From: Pseudomonadota bacterium
GTDB lineage: Bacteria > Pseudomonadota > Gammaproteobacteria > Arenicellales > Poriferihabitantaceae
Length of the DNA stretch: 64,000 nucleotides
NCBI GenBank assembly: GCA_039029455.1
Contig: JBCCGE010000001.1
Coordinates: 90,136-154,135, forward strand
Reading direction: 5' to 3'
Position numbers and translations under genes: made by a program. Position 1 is the first letter of the stretch. Each line of letters begins with the position of its first letter. This document shows positions 8,930 to 18,870 of this stretch, piece by piece. A model generated the notes under the pieces. That model was not told the origin of the DNA. It saw only the letters and a list, made by a program, of their open reading frames with translations, and searched no databases.

Positions 8930-10610
8930 TTTACTGATTCCACCTGCGTTTCTGCTTGTCCTGGCAGGTCTGCTGTTGCCGCTGTTACACCATCGAATGC
9001 GACAGGCGACCGTTGTGATTTTACCGCTGGGGGTTCTGGGGTTCATCTGGTCACTGGATCCGGGCGCGTATTTGTCCGTCGAGTTTATGCAGTATGAACT
9101 GTCGTTGTTCAATGTGACCGCGACCGGACGGCTGTTCGCGACTGTTTTCTCCATCATGCTTTTTGCCGGTGGTGTATTTGCCTTGCACCAGGCGAAAACC
9201 CTCGAATTGGCTGCGGCCTTTGTTTACGGAGGCTCTGCAATTGGAGTCTGTTTTTCGGGTGATCTGATCAGTCTCTTTATTTACTGGGAGATTATGGCTC
9301 TGGGTTCCACGGCGGTGTTGTGGGCTGCCGGGACTGAACGAGCTTATGCCGCAAGCTTCAGATATCTGCTGATCCATTTTCTGGGTGGCGTAATTTTAAT
9401 GGCCGGGATTGCCTGGTATGTGGTGAAGAGCGGAAGTATCGAGTTTGGACCAATCTCGCTGTCTGATCCGGGTGCGGTGCTGATTCTCATTGGTTTTCTG
9501 ATCAATGCGGGCGCGCCCCCGCTCTCAGCCTGGATTGCCGACGCCTACCCGGAAGCGAGTCCAAGCGGTACCGTGTTTCTCTCGGCCTTCACGACGAAAA
9601 CAGCGGTTTACGTGCTGATGGTTGCGTTTGCAGGTGCGGAAATACTCATCTACATCGGGCTGTATATGGTTTTCTACGGCATCATCTATGCCCTTCTTGA
9701 GAACGATATGCGTCGAATTCTGGCGTACAGTATTGTGAACCAGGTGGGCTTCATGGTGTGCGCGATTGGAATTGGAACGGAGCTTGCGCTGAACGGCGCT
9801 GCAGCCCATGCATTTGCTCACATTATCTACAAGGCCCTGTTGCTGATGTCGGCTGGCAGTGTGTTGATGATGGCCGAACGACGCAAGTGTTCCGAGCTCG
9901 GCGGCCTGTTTCAGACTATGCCAGTGACAGCGTTAAACGGTATTGTCGGCGCACTGGCGATTTCCGCATTTCCTTTTACATCGGGGTTTGTAACTAAATC
10001 GCTCGAGTCCGCCGCAGCCGCTGATGCCGGACTGGTTGTGGTCTGGTTCTGTTTGATGGCAGCGTCCGCCGGCGTGTTTTTACATGCGGGAATCAAGTTT
10101 CCGTGGTTTGTGTTTTTTCAGAAAGACTCTGGTCTCAGACCTTCGGATCCACCATTGAATATGAAGCTAGCGATGTGGTTGTTCTCGTTTTTCTGTATCG
10201 CTATTGGCGTTTTTCCAGCGGTGCTCTACGGAATATTGCCTTTTCCTGTGGACTACAAGCCGTATACAAGTTACCACCTCGTCAGTCAGTTTCAGCTTCT
10301 TCTGTTTGCAGGCTTCGCTTTTTTTGCAATGCTTCCATTGATGAAACGCACCCTGACGATCAGTCTGGACTTCGACTGGTTTTATCGGCGCTTCTTGCGG
10401 ATAGTGGCCAGCGAGTTTACGTTAAAGTCCGGTCTGATCGGTTCAAGGCTGGAGCAGACGGTTACGCGTCGAATCGAGCAGTTTATCGCGCGCTTGTATC
10501 AGCATCACGGACCCCATGGTGTACTCGCCCGAACCTGGCCCAGTGGGGGAATGGTGCTCTGGGTGGCGGTCATGCTCGCAGGATTGATTGTCGCCTCAGC
10601 ACTGTTTTAG
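8922..10610 (+). CDS. Third MrpD/A-like antiporter subunit
   Basis: YWEIMA, DAYPEASPSGTVFLSAFTTK, RRILAYS, HIIYKALL. Confidence 0.85.
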   Translation: MTDLLIPPAFLLVLAGLLLPLLHHRMRQATVVILPLGVLGFIWSLDPGAYLSVEFMQYELSLFNVTATGRLFATVFSIMLFAGGVFALHQAKTLELAAAFVYGGSAIGVCFSGDLISLFIYWEIMALGSTAVLWAAGTERAYAASFRYLLIHFLGGVILMAGIAWYVVKSGSIEFGPISLSDPGAVLILIGFLINAGAPPLSAWIADAYPEASPSGTVFLSAFTTKTAVYVLMVAFAGAEILIYIGLYMVFYGIIYALLENDMRRILAYSIVNQVGFMVCAIGIGTELALNGAAAHAFAHIIYKALLLMSAGSVLMMAERRKCSELGGLFQTMPVTALNGIVGALAISAFPFTSGFVTKSLESAAAADAGLVVVWFCLMAASAGVFLHAGIKFPWFVFFQKDSGLRPSDPPLNMKLAMWLFSFFCIAIGVFPAVLYGILPFPVDYKPYTSYHLVSQFQLLLFAGFAFFAMLPLMKRTLTISLDFDWFYRRFLRIVASEFTLKSGLIGSRLEQTVTRRIEQFIARLYQHHGPHGVLARTWPSGGMVLWVAVMLAGLIVASALF

Positions 10611-10627
10611 ATTGAAGGGTTGCGCAT

Positions 10628-11536
10628 TCAGAACTTTGCTCCGCGTCGAACACCGCTACGATTTGGCAGCGATCGAGCAACAATCAGCCCACAGCCTGCG
10701 ATCAGCAGGATGCCGAACCAGGCGATCGGATTGGGCAGAGTTCCAAACATAACGAGTCCGAATACGACACCCGCCAGAATTTCAAAGTAAGTGAATGGTG
10801 CCAGAACGGACGCTTCCGCCTTGGCGAAACCATAGACTATGCAGGTCTGGTTGACAGCCCCGGTAATTGCGATTAGCACCAACCAGCCCAGATGCTCGGA
10901 ACTGACGGGCTGCCATATAAAGGGAATGGTGACTGACAAAATCAAAGTGGCAATGATTGCACCCCAAAATGAGGTCAGTAACGGATGAGAAATAGCACCC
11001 AGCTTACGGTTCAGGATCATCTGAAAAGCGACGATAACTGCACAAAGAAACACAAACAACGTGCCCGTGTTTACGCCATCAAGCCGGGGTTGCATGACCA
11101 GCAGGACGCCAAAAAAACCGCCGACGACACCGAGCCATCCGACAACCCTCACACGTTCGCCCAGAAACAGCGTGGCCATTACAGTCAGCAGGAACGGATA
11201 GGCATACAGGATAGCTATAGCGTCCGCAAAGTCGATTGTTCTTGCACCGACAACAAAGCATACAGTTTCGGAGGCCAGGCTGATGCCTCTTACAATCTGT
11301 ATCGATGGCCGGCGGACCTCGTAACAGCCACGGCCAAACTTGCGCCAAACGATCGGTAGCAGAATGATGGCAAAGCCGAGAAATCGAAACCATGTGATCT
11401 GGAATGCGCTCAGCTCGTTGGACATGAGTTTCATCAGAGCTCCGGTGAATGCCGCGACACTGAGACCAAATATTGTAATCAGAATACCTGTGCGTGTTTG
11501 ATCAACTGGCTGTGTTTGCGGGTCGGTGCTTTTCAT
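10628..11536 (-). CDS. DMT/EamA family transporter
   Basis: About 10 TM segments, ITWFRF, FLGERV, LAPFTYFEI. Confidence 0.85.
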   Translation of the reverse strand: MKSTDPQTQPVDQTRTGILITIFGLSVAAFTGALMKLMSNELSAFQITWFRFLGFAIILLPIVWRKFGRGCYEVRRPSIQIVRGISLASETVCFVVGARTIDFADAIAILYAYPFLLTVMATLFLGERVRVVGWLGVVGGFFGVLLVMQPRLDGVNTGTLFVFLCAVIVAFQMILNRKLGAISHPLLTSFWGAIIATLILSVTIPFIWQPVSSEHLGWLVLIAITGAVNQTCIVYGFAKAEASVLAPFTYFEILAGVVFGLVMFGTLPNPIAWFGILLIAGCGLIVARSLPNRSGVRRGAKF

Positions 11537-12104
11537 AGTTGAGAACGCAGATACTTATCGTCGGTTTGCGCCAGTGGTCGATACAGCGCTGATTCAATCG
11601 AAACCATCGATGATAGTCATTCTGCGATCCCGGCCAACGCACTATGCCGGGGCGTCTGATCATCTATCGAATATCGATTGTGCGTTTGGGTGATTCTCCA
11701 GAATGCGGCGACTGCTAGCAACCATTGTTTAAGGGAGAATTGCAGAACCTGCCGACTGCAAACCCGACACGTATTCTGCAAAAAAGCGAAATTTTTGTGC
11801 CCCTATATTGCGGGCACCCTGATGTGGTTGAAGCAGTTTGCTCAGGTCAGCATTTGATCAGGAGACGCTGAAGCCTGACCTGGAAATTCGTTTTGCGAAA
11901 CAAAACATTGATGACAGCCTAAAACAGCAGATGACCGAAAAGGTCGAGACAATTTAGGTCGCTCTGATTTGTGCAAATCAGAGGTCCACTCAAATCTGTA
12001 TCCGCCTATTTATTTCGTTTATTGCGGCACTTCAGATTGCGAGCCATAAGCGGTGACTTTCGGATAAAGTATGTCTTTAAATTACCAACTATATCGTACT
12101 CTCA

Positions 12105-12998
12105 GTGGAACTCAGTGACATACTCGCGCAATCGAAAACGGTGCTGTCACCAGAGCAGCTCGATCACTACTACACACAAGGCTACCTTCTGTTTCCGGAA
12201 CTCATCGACCAAAGCCTGCTGGATGACCTGAGAGCAGCGATGTGTGACATTGTTGAAAAATCCAGGATGTTCACGAAGTCATCTCGCGCACTTGATCTGG
12301 AAAAAGGGCATACAGCAGACAATCCACGACTTCGTCGTGCTGCTTATATTGATGATGAATACGATGTTTTCTGGGCGTTGTGTGCGGACTCGGTAATTAC
12401 GGATATTGCGGCAGATCTGGTGGGATACGACCTTCGTTTTCGGGAACTGATGCTGAATTTCAAGTGGGCGGCTGGCGGGTCAGAGGTGCGCTGGCATCAG
12501 GATTTTGTGTTCTATCCTCACACGCATACCGGCACGATGCAGTTCCTTTTGTTTCTTGAAGATGTGACTCAGGATCAGGGGCCGCTGCAGGTCATACCCG
12601 GCAGTCACAAAGGTCCTTTGTATGAACACTACGATGAACAGCGAAACTGGACCGGCGCGATCAAAAAGTCCGAATTGTTGCAGGCGGGCGTCAAAGATGC
12701 CGTAAGTCTCACTGGCCCGGCCGGTTCAGTGTCAGTCCATCACAGCTGCACAATTCATGGTTCAGAACCCAACCGCAGTCCGCGAAGTCGACCGGCGCTG
12801 GTAATCACCTATGCCGCTGCAGACGCGATGCCGTACACCGCTGCAGCCTACCCGGGTTCGAGATACGGGACGATTGTTCGCGGTGAGGAGCCGACGCATA
12901 TTCATCATGAACACCTCAGCGTGCCGATGCCGCCTGACTGGTCAGCGGGTTACACGTCCATTTATGAGCATCAGGAGCGCGAATCCGAAGGTAAGTGA
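12105..12998 (+). CDS. Phytanoyl-CoA dioxygenase (PhyH) family Fe(II)/2OG oxygenase
   Basis: WHQD, LQVIPGSHKG, HGSEPNRSPRSR motifs. Confidence 0.85.
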   Translation: MELSDILAQSKTVLSPEQLDHYYTQGYLLFPELIDQSLLDDLRAAMCDIVEKSRMFTKSSRALDLEKGHTADNPRLRRAAYIDDEYDVFWALCADSVITDIAADLVGYDLRFRELMLNFKWAAGGSEVRWHQDFVFYPHTHTGTMQFLLFLEDVTQDQGPLQVIPGSHKGPLYEHYDEQRNWTGAIKKSELLQAGVKDAVSLTGPAGSVSVHHSCTIHGSEPNRSPRSRPALVITYAAADAMPYTAAAYPGSRYGTIVRGEEPTHIHHEHLSVPMPPDWSAGYTSIYEHQERESEGK

Positions 12999-12999
12999 G

Positions 13000-13818
13000 C
13001 TACTGATAACTGTGGCGTGCGGTAGGGAATTTGCCCTGTTGAACATCCCTGGCATAATTTTTAATTGCACCCTGGACACCGGTTCTGCAGTTCTTAAGAT
13101 AATTTTTTACGAACTTCGCGGTTTTTCCGGGATACAGTCCCAGCAGGTCGTGCCAAACCAGAATCTGTCCGTCAGTATGTCTTCCCGCTCCAATTCCAAT
13201 GACGGGTACGTCGAGCGCCTGTGTAAGTGATTTACCCAGTCGTGTTGGTACGCACTCAATCAGGATTGCGCTGGCGCCGGCTTCCTGAAGCACCAGTGCT
13301 TCTTCGATAATGGCCTGCCCCCTGGACGGGTCGCGGCCCTGTACCTGATAGCCGCCCAAATGATTAACCGACTGCGGTGTTAGTCCCATGTGCGCGCATA
13401 CGGGAATGCCGCGTTCGCTGAGTAGACGTGTGCTCTCCGCAAGCCACGCGCCGCCCTCAAGCTTTACCATGTGTGCACCCTCGCGCATGAGTACAGCCGC
13501 ATTCTCAAGGCTTTTCGATTCGCTGTAGTAACTCATGAACGGAAGGTCGGCCATAATGAGCGCACCCTGATTTCCCCGTTTTACACAACGAACATGATAC
13601 GCGGTGTCCTCAATAGTCACAGGGAGGCTGCTGTCGTGTCCCTGAATAACCATGCCAAGCGAATCGCCCACCAGCAGGACATCTATGCCGTTTGAGCTGG
13701 CGGCGTAGGCGCTGCAGTAGTCATAAGCAGTCAGTGACGCAAACTTCTTCCCACCACGCTTAAGTTGATTCAGCGTTTTTATTGTGATGTTGCGTTGAGT
13801 TTTGTTTTGGACGGACAT
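13000..13818 (-). CDS. panB: 3-methyl-2-oxobutanoate hydroxymethyltransferase
   Basis: LTAYD, LLVGDSLGMV, DLPFMSY, VKLEGG, HMGLTPQS, IGIGAG; start at MSVQNK (13818) rather than 13923. Confidence 0.95.
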   Translation of the reverse strand: MSVQNKTQRNITIKTLNQLKRGGKKFASLTAYDYCSAYAASSNGIDVLLVGDSLGMVIQGHDSSLPVTIEDTAYHVRCVKRGNQGALIMADLPFMSYYSESKSLENAAVLMREGAHMVKLEGGAWLAESTRLLSERGIPVCAHMGLTPQSVNHLGGYQVQGRDPSRGQAIIEEALVLQEAGASAILIECVPTRLGKSLTQALDVPVIGIGAGRHTDGQILVWHDLLGLYPGKTAKFVKNYLKNCRTGVQGAIKNYARDVQQGKFPTARHSYQ

Positions 13819-13909
13819 AATGTGTTGATTACAGAAATTAAACCGGGCGAAGCTTTCATGTTGTGTGAATTCTACACCAGCGTCGGAGTCAGGTAGTGCG
13901 GCTACTTTT

Positions 13910-14896
13910 TCAGGCGGCCGCACTCAGCGATCCGGGCTGCTCCAGCGTTTTTCTGTGAAGTCGAATAGTTTTGGAAATGTCATGTATATCGGACAGGCGT
14001 TTGATTGATTCAAACAGTGTTTGAGCATCCGGATAGAATTTTCGAAGATAGCCCAGCCACTGCTTGGTCCTATTGCCGGCATACTTTAGATTCCCGGAAT
14101 CATTGTCGTGATAGAAACGGTCGACTAGTGCGACGGTCTCAGTCCAGGGTAGAGGATGATAGTGAGCGCGCGAGCTTCTTTGTGCACGAATTTGCAGAGC
14201 CAGATCCGGTTGAGCCAGGCCACCGCGCCCTATCATCAGGTGTTCGCACCCACTTTGACGTAAGGCAGAATCTGCATCCTCAGGAGTCCATATCTCTCCG
14301 TTAACGATAAGACGTGTGTGTGGTGTACGAGGCAGATCCTGTAATACTGACCAGTAGGCCGGTGGTTTGTATCCATTGATTTTGGTCCGCGCGTGGATAC
14401 AAATTTCGTTGGCTCCCGCCTGATACACAGCCTGAACGTTGCTTAACAGGTTGTCCGAATCTTCGAAGCCCAGTCTGATTTTTGCACAAACCGGAATATC
14501 CGGATCAACCGCATCCCTTACTGCAGCGACGATGTCGCCGACCCGATGAGGTTCTTTTAATAGTACTGAGCCGCCGTCATGTCGGTTGACTGTTTTGGTC
14601 GGGCAGCCAAAATTCAAGTCTATTCCGGGCGCGCCCGCGCGAACGGCGACCTGAGCACTTGCGGCGATCAATGACGGGTTGCCGCCGAGCAGCTGAACAT
14701 AGACGGGTGTCCCGGACTCTGTAACACCACCCTGATCGAGCTCGGGACAAAGGCGGCGAAAAACCTTCAAAGGAACACGGGTATTGGTTACGCGAACAAA
14801 CTCGGTAACACACCGATCATATCCACCCAGTGCGGTCAGCATGCGGCGCATGCGATGATCGATAACACCTTCCATAGGTGCGAGACAAATATTCAT
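13910..14896 (-). CDS. dusC: tRNA-dihydrouridine synthase C
   Basis: LAPMEGV, TEFVRVT, IDLNFGCP, IHART, NGEIW, MIGRG; start at MNICLAP. Confidence 0.85.
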   Translation of the reverse strand: MNICLAPMEGVIDHRMRRMLTALGGYDRCVTEFVRVTNTRVPLKVFRRLCPELDQGGVTESGTPVYVQLLGGNPSLIAASAQVAVRAGAPGIDLNFGCPTKTVNRHDGGSVLLKEPHRVGDIVAAVRDAVDPDIPVCAKIRLGFEDSDNLLSNVQAVYQAGANEICIHARTKINGYKPPAYWSVLQDLPRTPHTRLIVNGEIWTPEDADSALRQSGCEHLMIGRGGLAQPDLALQIRAQRSSRAHYHPLPWTETVALVDRFYHDNDSGNLKYAGNRTKQWLGYLRKFYPDAQTLFESIKRLSDIHDISKTIRLHRKTLEQPGSLSAAA

Positions 14897-15281
14897 TCGG
14901 GTGCGAGTGACTTGGAGCGGCTGCTGCAACGGCCGTATTATATTCTGCTTATGAAACGATCTGAACGGTGTGTTTCAGGGTGTGCGAGAAATTTGTTTAG
15001 ATTTGGCTGATTTCTATACTGACTGGACTTTGAGGTTACAGACGTTTGTGTCCGCCACGAGATTGACAGGCTGTGCGTCATAAATATTTTTTTGCATTTG
15101 GTTCGTGGTTTCCGCTGAATTATTATGGGGATGTCCAGACAGAGCACGGTGCAATATGCGGGTTTTTTGTACTCGCACTTACATAAAAAACGGTCCGTTG
15201 AACTACATTTTTGAAAAATTTAAATACCTTAAGGTCACTGCATGGAGGTTTCGTCAGCACCTTCCGGAAAAGTGTGTTCTG

Positions 15282-15887
15282 ATGCTGATGCCGTTATGGA
15301 TCAATTCGCGGCACGCCATTCCGGTATTTTGGTGGTTGCGAAGGCGTCTGGGTTTTCTGTTTATGCCAACTCAATTGGTTTCTGTGGTCCGAACTATTCG
15401 CGCAAGCAGCAGGTGTAATCTTGCGGTGTTTGGTGTAGGACACGATACGTTGATCTGGAAATTCGCAAATCGATCCGGACGTTGTGTGTTTTTCGAACAC
15501 AGCAAGGATTGGGCAGGCAAAACTCTGGCCAGACTGGGCCGTCTCGAGATTTATATTGTGGATTACGGCACACGCGTCGATGACTGGAGGAAATGGATGG
15601 CAAATCCTGACCCGCTCGGGCTTCCTCTGCCCGACAACGTCGCCGATACCTCATGGGATGTGGTAATCGTAGATGGTCCACCGGGCGGTCGCGGCATCGA
15701 TCCGGGCAGAATGCGCAGCATCGTGACTGCTCGATCAATGGTGGCGCCTTCGGGGCACATATTTGTGGATGACTGCGACCGGACCGTTGAGCAGGAGTTT
15801 TGTCGTGTTTATCTGGGCGAGGAAAACCTGGTGGACGCCATTTTTGACCGCACACTGATGAAGCATTATCAGTTCAATAATCGCTGA
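15282..15887 (+). CDS. DUF579/GXM-like putative polysaccharide O-methyltransferase; start uncertain
   Basis: CNLAVFGVGHDTLIW, WDVVIVDGP, PGRM and IFVDDCDRTVE parallel plant glucuronoxylan methyltransferase motifs. Confidence 0.65.
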   Translation: MLMPLWINSRHAIPVFWWLRRRLGFLFMPTQLVSVVRTIRASSRCNLAVFGVGHDTLIWKFANRSGRCVFFEHSKDWAGKTLARLGRLEIYIVDYGTRVDDWRKWMANPDPLGLPLPDNVADTSWDVVIVDGPPGGRGIDPGRMRSIVTARSMVAPSGHIFVDDCDRTVEQEFCRVYLGEENLVDAIFDRTLMKHYQFNNR

Positions 15888-16048
15888 CTTCGTGATTTTG
15901 AGCTCATTTTGCGTAAGCAACCGCTCACTGTTTTCGCGGATCAAACAGGCGCGCTTCGCGTATTTGTATTAGAGTATCTGTATCGGGCAGCTGCCCGTTC
16001 CAATTAAAACAGGCATTCATGCCGATCTGATATGCAGGAGGTGTTGTT

Positions 16049-17350
16049 GTGCATTTTTTCCGTTTATTGATGTTTATTTTTGTCTGCGTTTCCATGCAGG
16101 CGCCGGTGTGGGCCTCGGGATTTCAGACAACGTTTCACTCGGTATCGAGTTTTTCCAGAGGACTCGGTGGTGCAGGAGTCAGTGGCGATGATCTGGCTGA
16201 TATTTACTACAACCCGGCGGCCGCAAGCTTGTATGAGGGAACCGGATTTCAGATTTATGCCGGATCCGGTAATGTGGAAAATACCTTTAACAACCTGGGC
16301 TCTACTCAGACTCTGGCGGGCTCCAGACTTCCAAACGTGGGACTGGCCCAAGGCCTTGATGAGGACTTTCCGGGCGCATCTTTTCAGTTCACGAAAAAGC
16401 TGGACAGTGGCGCATTGAAAGGATGGACAGCCGGACTCGCACTTGGCAATGCCTTTGGCAATCAGACCGAGTATCCGGTGAATTGGGTTGGGCGCCGACA
16501 CGCGGTCGATTCTCAGCTTACCGTTCTCGACTTCAATCCGGTCCTGTCATATCAGGTATCACCGACGGTAACGATTGGTGGCGGTCTAAGTATTCAACGA
16601 TCTGATGCTACGCTGAGTCAGGCAACATTTACCGGAACACCCGTTGAGCCTGTATCAACGCTGGAAGGATCGGATACAGCCATAGGTTTCGACATTGGCG
16701 CGACAATTTCTGCGGGTAAAAACCGGTTCGGTCTGTCGTATCGCTCGCAGGTTGAACACACTCTGGAGGGTACTTTGACCGCGCCAAATCCGGCAAATCT
16801 GTCTTTACAGTCGCTGCCTGCGCAAGCTGAGATTACGTTTCCTGAGACGGTATACATCAGCGGCGTGTTCCCGGTCAGCGAAAAAACCACACTGTCATGG
16901 ACTTCGCGCTGGACCCGATGGAGCCGCAATCAGGAAATACGGATTACGGATCCAAGTGGACTGCAGACGTTTAGCCTGATACCGCAGAATTGGGGCAACA
17001 CGTGGCTCCATGGAGTCGGCGTGGATCATCGCGTCAATAGCGTCTGGAAATTTCGCCTCGGCCTGATGGTCGATTCAACACCTATTCCCAGTCCCGAACT
17101 GCGCACACCCCGTCAGCCAGAGGGCGACCGGTTCTGGATTGGCGTTGGAGCAAGCGCCAACACTCGATACGGCGTATTCGATTTCGGATATCTGAGAGGT
17201 GACGTAGACGACGTCCTGATTAACAACACCATTCCGCTGGCGGCGTCGAGCGGTCTTCCGGCTTCAGTATTCGGGGACACCCTCAGGGGTGAATACGTCG
17301 ATACAAGTGTGAACTTTGTCGGTATCCAGTTTAGACGTTCGTGGCAATAG
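16049..17350 (+). CDS. FadL/OmpP1/TodX outer-membrane hydrophobic-compound transporter
   Basis: Signal peptide, ASGFQ hatch start, YYNPAA motif, beta-strand periodicity, D.TPIP...RTPR. Confidence 0.85.
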   Translation: MHFFRLLMFIFVCVSMQAPVWASGFQTTFHSVSSFSRGLGGAGVSGDDLADIYYNPAAASLYEGTGFQIYAGSGNVENTFNNLGSTQTLAGSRLPNVGLAQGLDEDFPGASFQFTKKLDSGALKGWTAGLALGNAFGNQTEYPVNWVGRRHAVDSQLTVLDFNPVLSYQVSPTVTIGGGLSIQRSDATLSQATFTGTPVEPVSTLEGSDTAIGFDIGATISAGKNRFGLSYRSQVEHTLEGTLTAPNPANLSLQSLPAQAEITFPETVYISGVFPVSEKTTLSWTSRWTRWSRNQEIRITDPSGLQTFSLIPQNWGNTWLHGVGVDHRVNSVWKFRLGLMVDSTPIPSPELRTPRQPEGDRFWIGVGASANTRYGVFDFGYLRGDVDDVLINNTIPLAASSGLPASVFGDTLRGEYVDTSVNFVGIQFRRSWQ

Positions 17351-17501
17351 GTAGATTCAAACTGCTCTGCTTTAAGCCGGTAACGTCACTGCTTCAATCA
17401 ACTGACAAGATGTATGTTGCAGGACCTGAGCGATCTTAGGCGTATCTATCTGCACGATCGCTGCAGCGAAATGACGTTACCGATCAAAGCGGTGACATAT
17501 T

Positions 17502-18314
17502 TTATTCAGCGTTTATTACTGAAACTTCGCCGGGCAGACTTAAATCCCCGGATGCGATGTCGAACACATCAACCACGCACAGCAATGGGGCATGAACGCT
17601 CGCATTGACGCGGAGACCTGCCGTTACGCCGTCGTACTGCGCCGCCTGAACAACGCCTATGTCGTCAAATGGAACGCGAACCTCCACAGTTTTATCGTTA
17701 AATGTAGGCGTCCAACCGGGGCTGTCGAGCAGGATTGGCAAACCCGGCCACGTTTTTGGGAGCCTTGGACGGCTTCCCGGAGGTATATCAACAACTCCCA
17801 GTGCCCCATCAGCGCATCGTTCGTTGGCTTGAAGAACCACCCAGTGACTGTGCCAGACATTGCCATCATTGTTGGTCTCGCCGTCACCGTTTTCATCGAA
17901 TAAAGGCGTGTCGTCGAAATCCGGATGGGATGTCACTGCCAGTGCCAGAATTCCGGCATTGTGTTCAAACCCAACACTGTGGGAGTCAATTGTTGTTGGC
18001 CATACATAGGAAAACACAGTGCTGCCCGCAAGCTGACCGGTTTGCTCGGGACGTGTTTTACCTGCTGCATCACTGACACCAGTCCGGAAAATTGCGACAT
18101 TGTCCCGGATGGAAATTCTGGCATGAATAATATCGAATGCCGGCATGATCTGACTGTTTTGACTGGACCCTATTCCTTCGCCGTAAGCATCCGCTAGTCC
18201 AACCGAAAATTTCAACAGCGTAACTGTGGTGATGACCAGCATACCGGCCAGACTTTTCTGTCTTTGTGCTTGTGCCGGATGGTCTGTTTTCAATCTGTCT
18301 GATAATGTGTGCAT
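17502..18314 (-). CDS. Hypothetical, probably exported protein with HPDFDDTPLFD and WHSHWVVL motifs
   Basis: 270-aa ORF, hydrophobic N-terminal segment, divergent from an HxlR regulator. Confidence 0.7.
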   Translation of the reverse strand: MHTLSDRLKTDHPAQAQRQKSLAGMLVITTVTLLKFSVGLADAYGEGIGSSQNSQIMPAFDIIHARISIRDNVAIFRTGVSDAAGKTRPEQTGQLAGSTVFSYVWPTTIDSHSVGFEHNAGILALAVTSHPDFDDTPLFDENGDGETNNDGNVWHSHWVVLQANERCADGALGVVDIPPGSRPRLPKTWPGLPILLDSPGWTPTFNDKTVEVRVPFDDIGVVQAAQYDGVTAGLRVNASVHAPLLCVVDVFDIASGDLSLPGEVSVINAE

Positions 18315-18430
18315 AATTTAGATCCTGGTTTTAAGTTTGAAAAAGTTGTGCGCGCAAAGTAAATAGTAGTCAGTGGTAGCCGGAAATAAAGTCGGCACAA
18401 AATGGTGGGGTAGTTACTTTTCGGTGTAAT

Positions 18431-18772
18431 TTGATGAAAACCCAGAGGAAAAAATTGCGAACCAAAAATCAGTCCACGTACCGTACTCTGGAAGAGGTCG
18501 TGGGTTGCAAGTGGTCGGTTTCAGTGCTGCTGGCTGTTGCGGACGGTATTGACCGACCGGGAGCCCTGCAACGGCATGTGGATGGGATTTCGACAAAGGT
18601 GCTCTCTGAAAGACTGCGCAAGCTGACCCATTACGGCTTGCTCGACAAGACAAGCTATCCGGAAGTGCCACCGAGAACCGAATACTCGTTAACCGAAAAA
18701 GGTCAAAAGCTGATCGAAATTATCCAGCAGATCAGACTGCTCGATAGTCATCAGCACACTTTTGGGGTGTGA
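18431..18772 (+). CDS. HxlR-family winged-helix transcriptional regulator
   Basis: GCKWS, ISTKVLSERLRKL, YPEVPPRTEYSLT. Confidence 0.9.
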   Translation: MMKTQRKKLRTKNQSTYRTLEEVVGCKWSVSVLLAVADGIDRPGALQRHVDGISTKVLSERLRKLTHYGLLDKTSYPEVPPRTEYSLTEKGQKLIEIIQQIRLLDSHQHTFGV

Positions 18773-18870
18773 GGCGGTTTTGAAACAACACGGTTCGCGT
18801 AAGCGCAACGGCAGAGTGGGAAAAAAGCTGGAAAATAGACAAACCAGCTTACTCTCCAGCGAAGCAGCGA

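Noticed and set aside
11856-11957. Short protein-like frame DQETLKPDLEIRFAKQ... in the long DMT-PhyH intergenic region
   Set aside because: Short, no start codon, no recognisable family; cannot be separated from chance.
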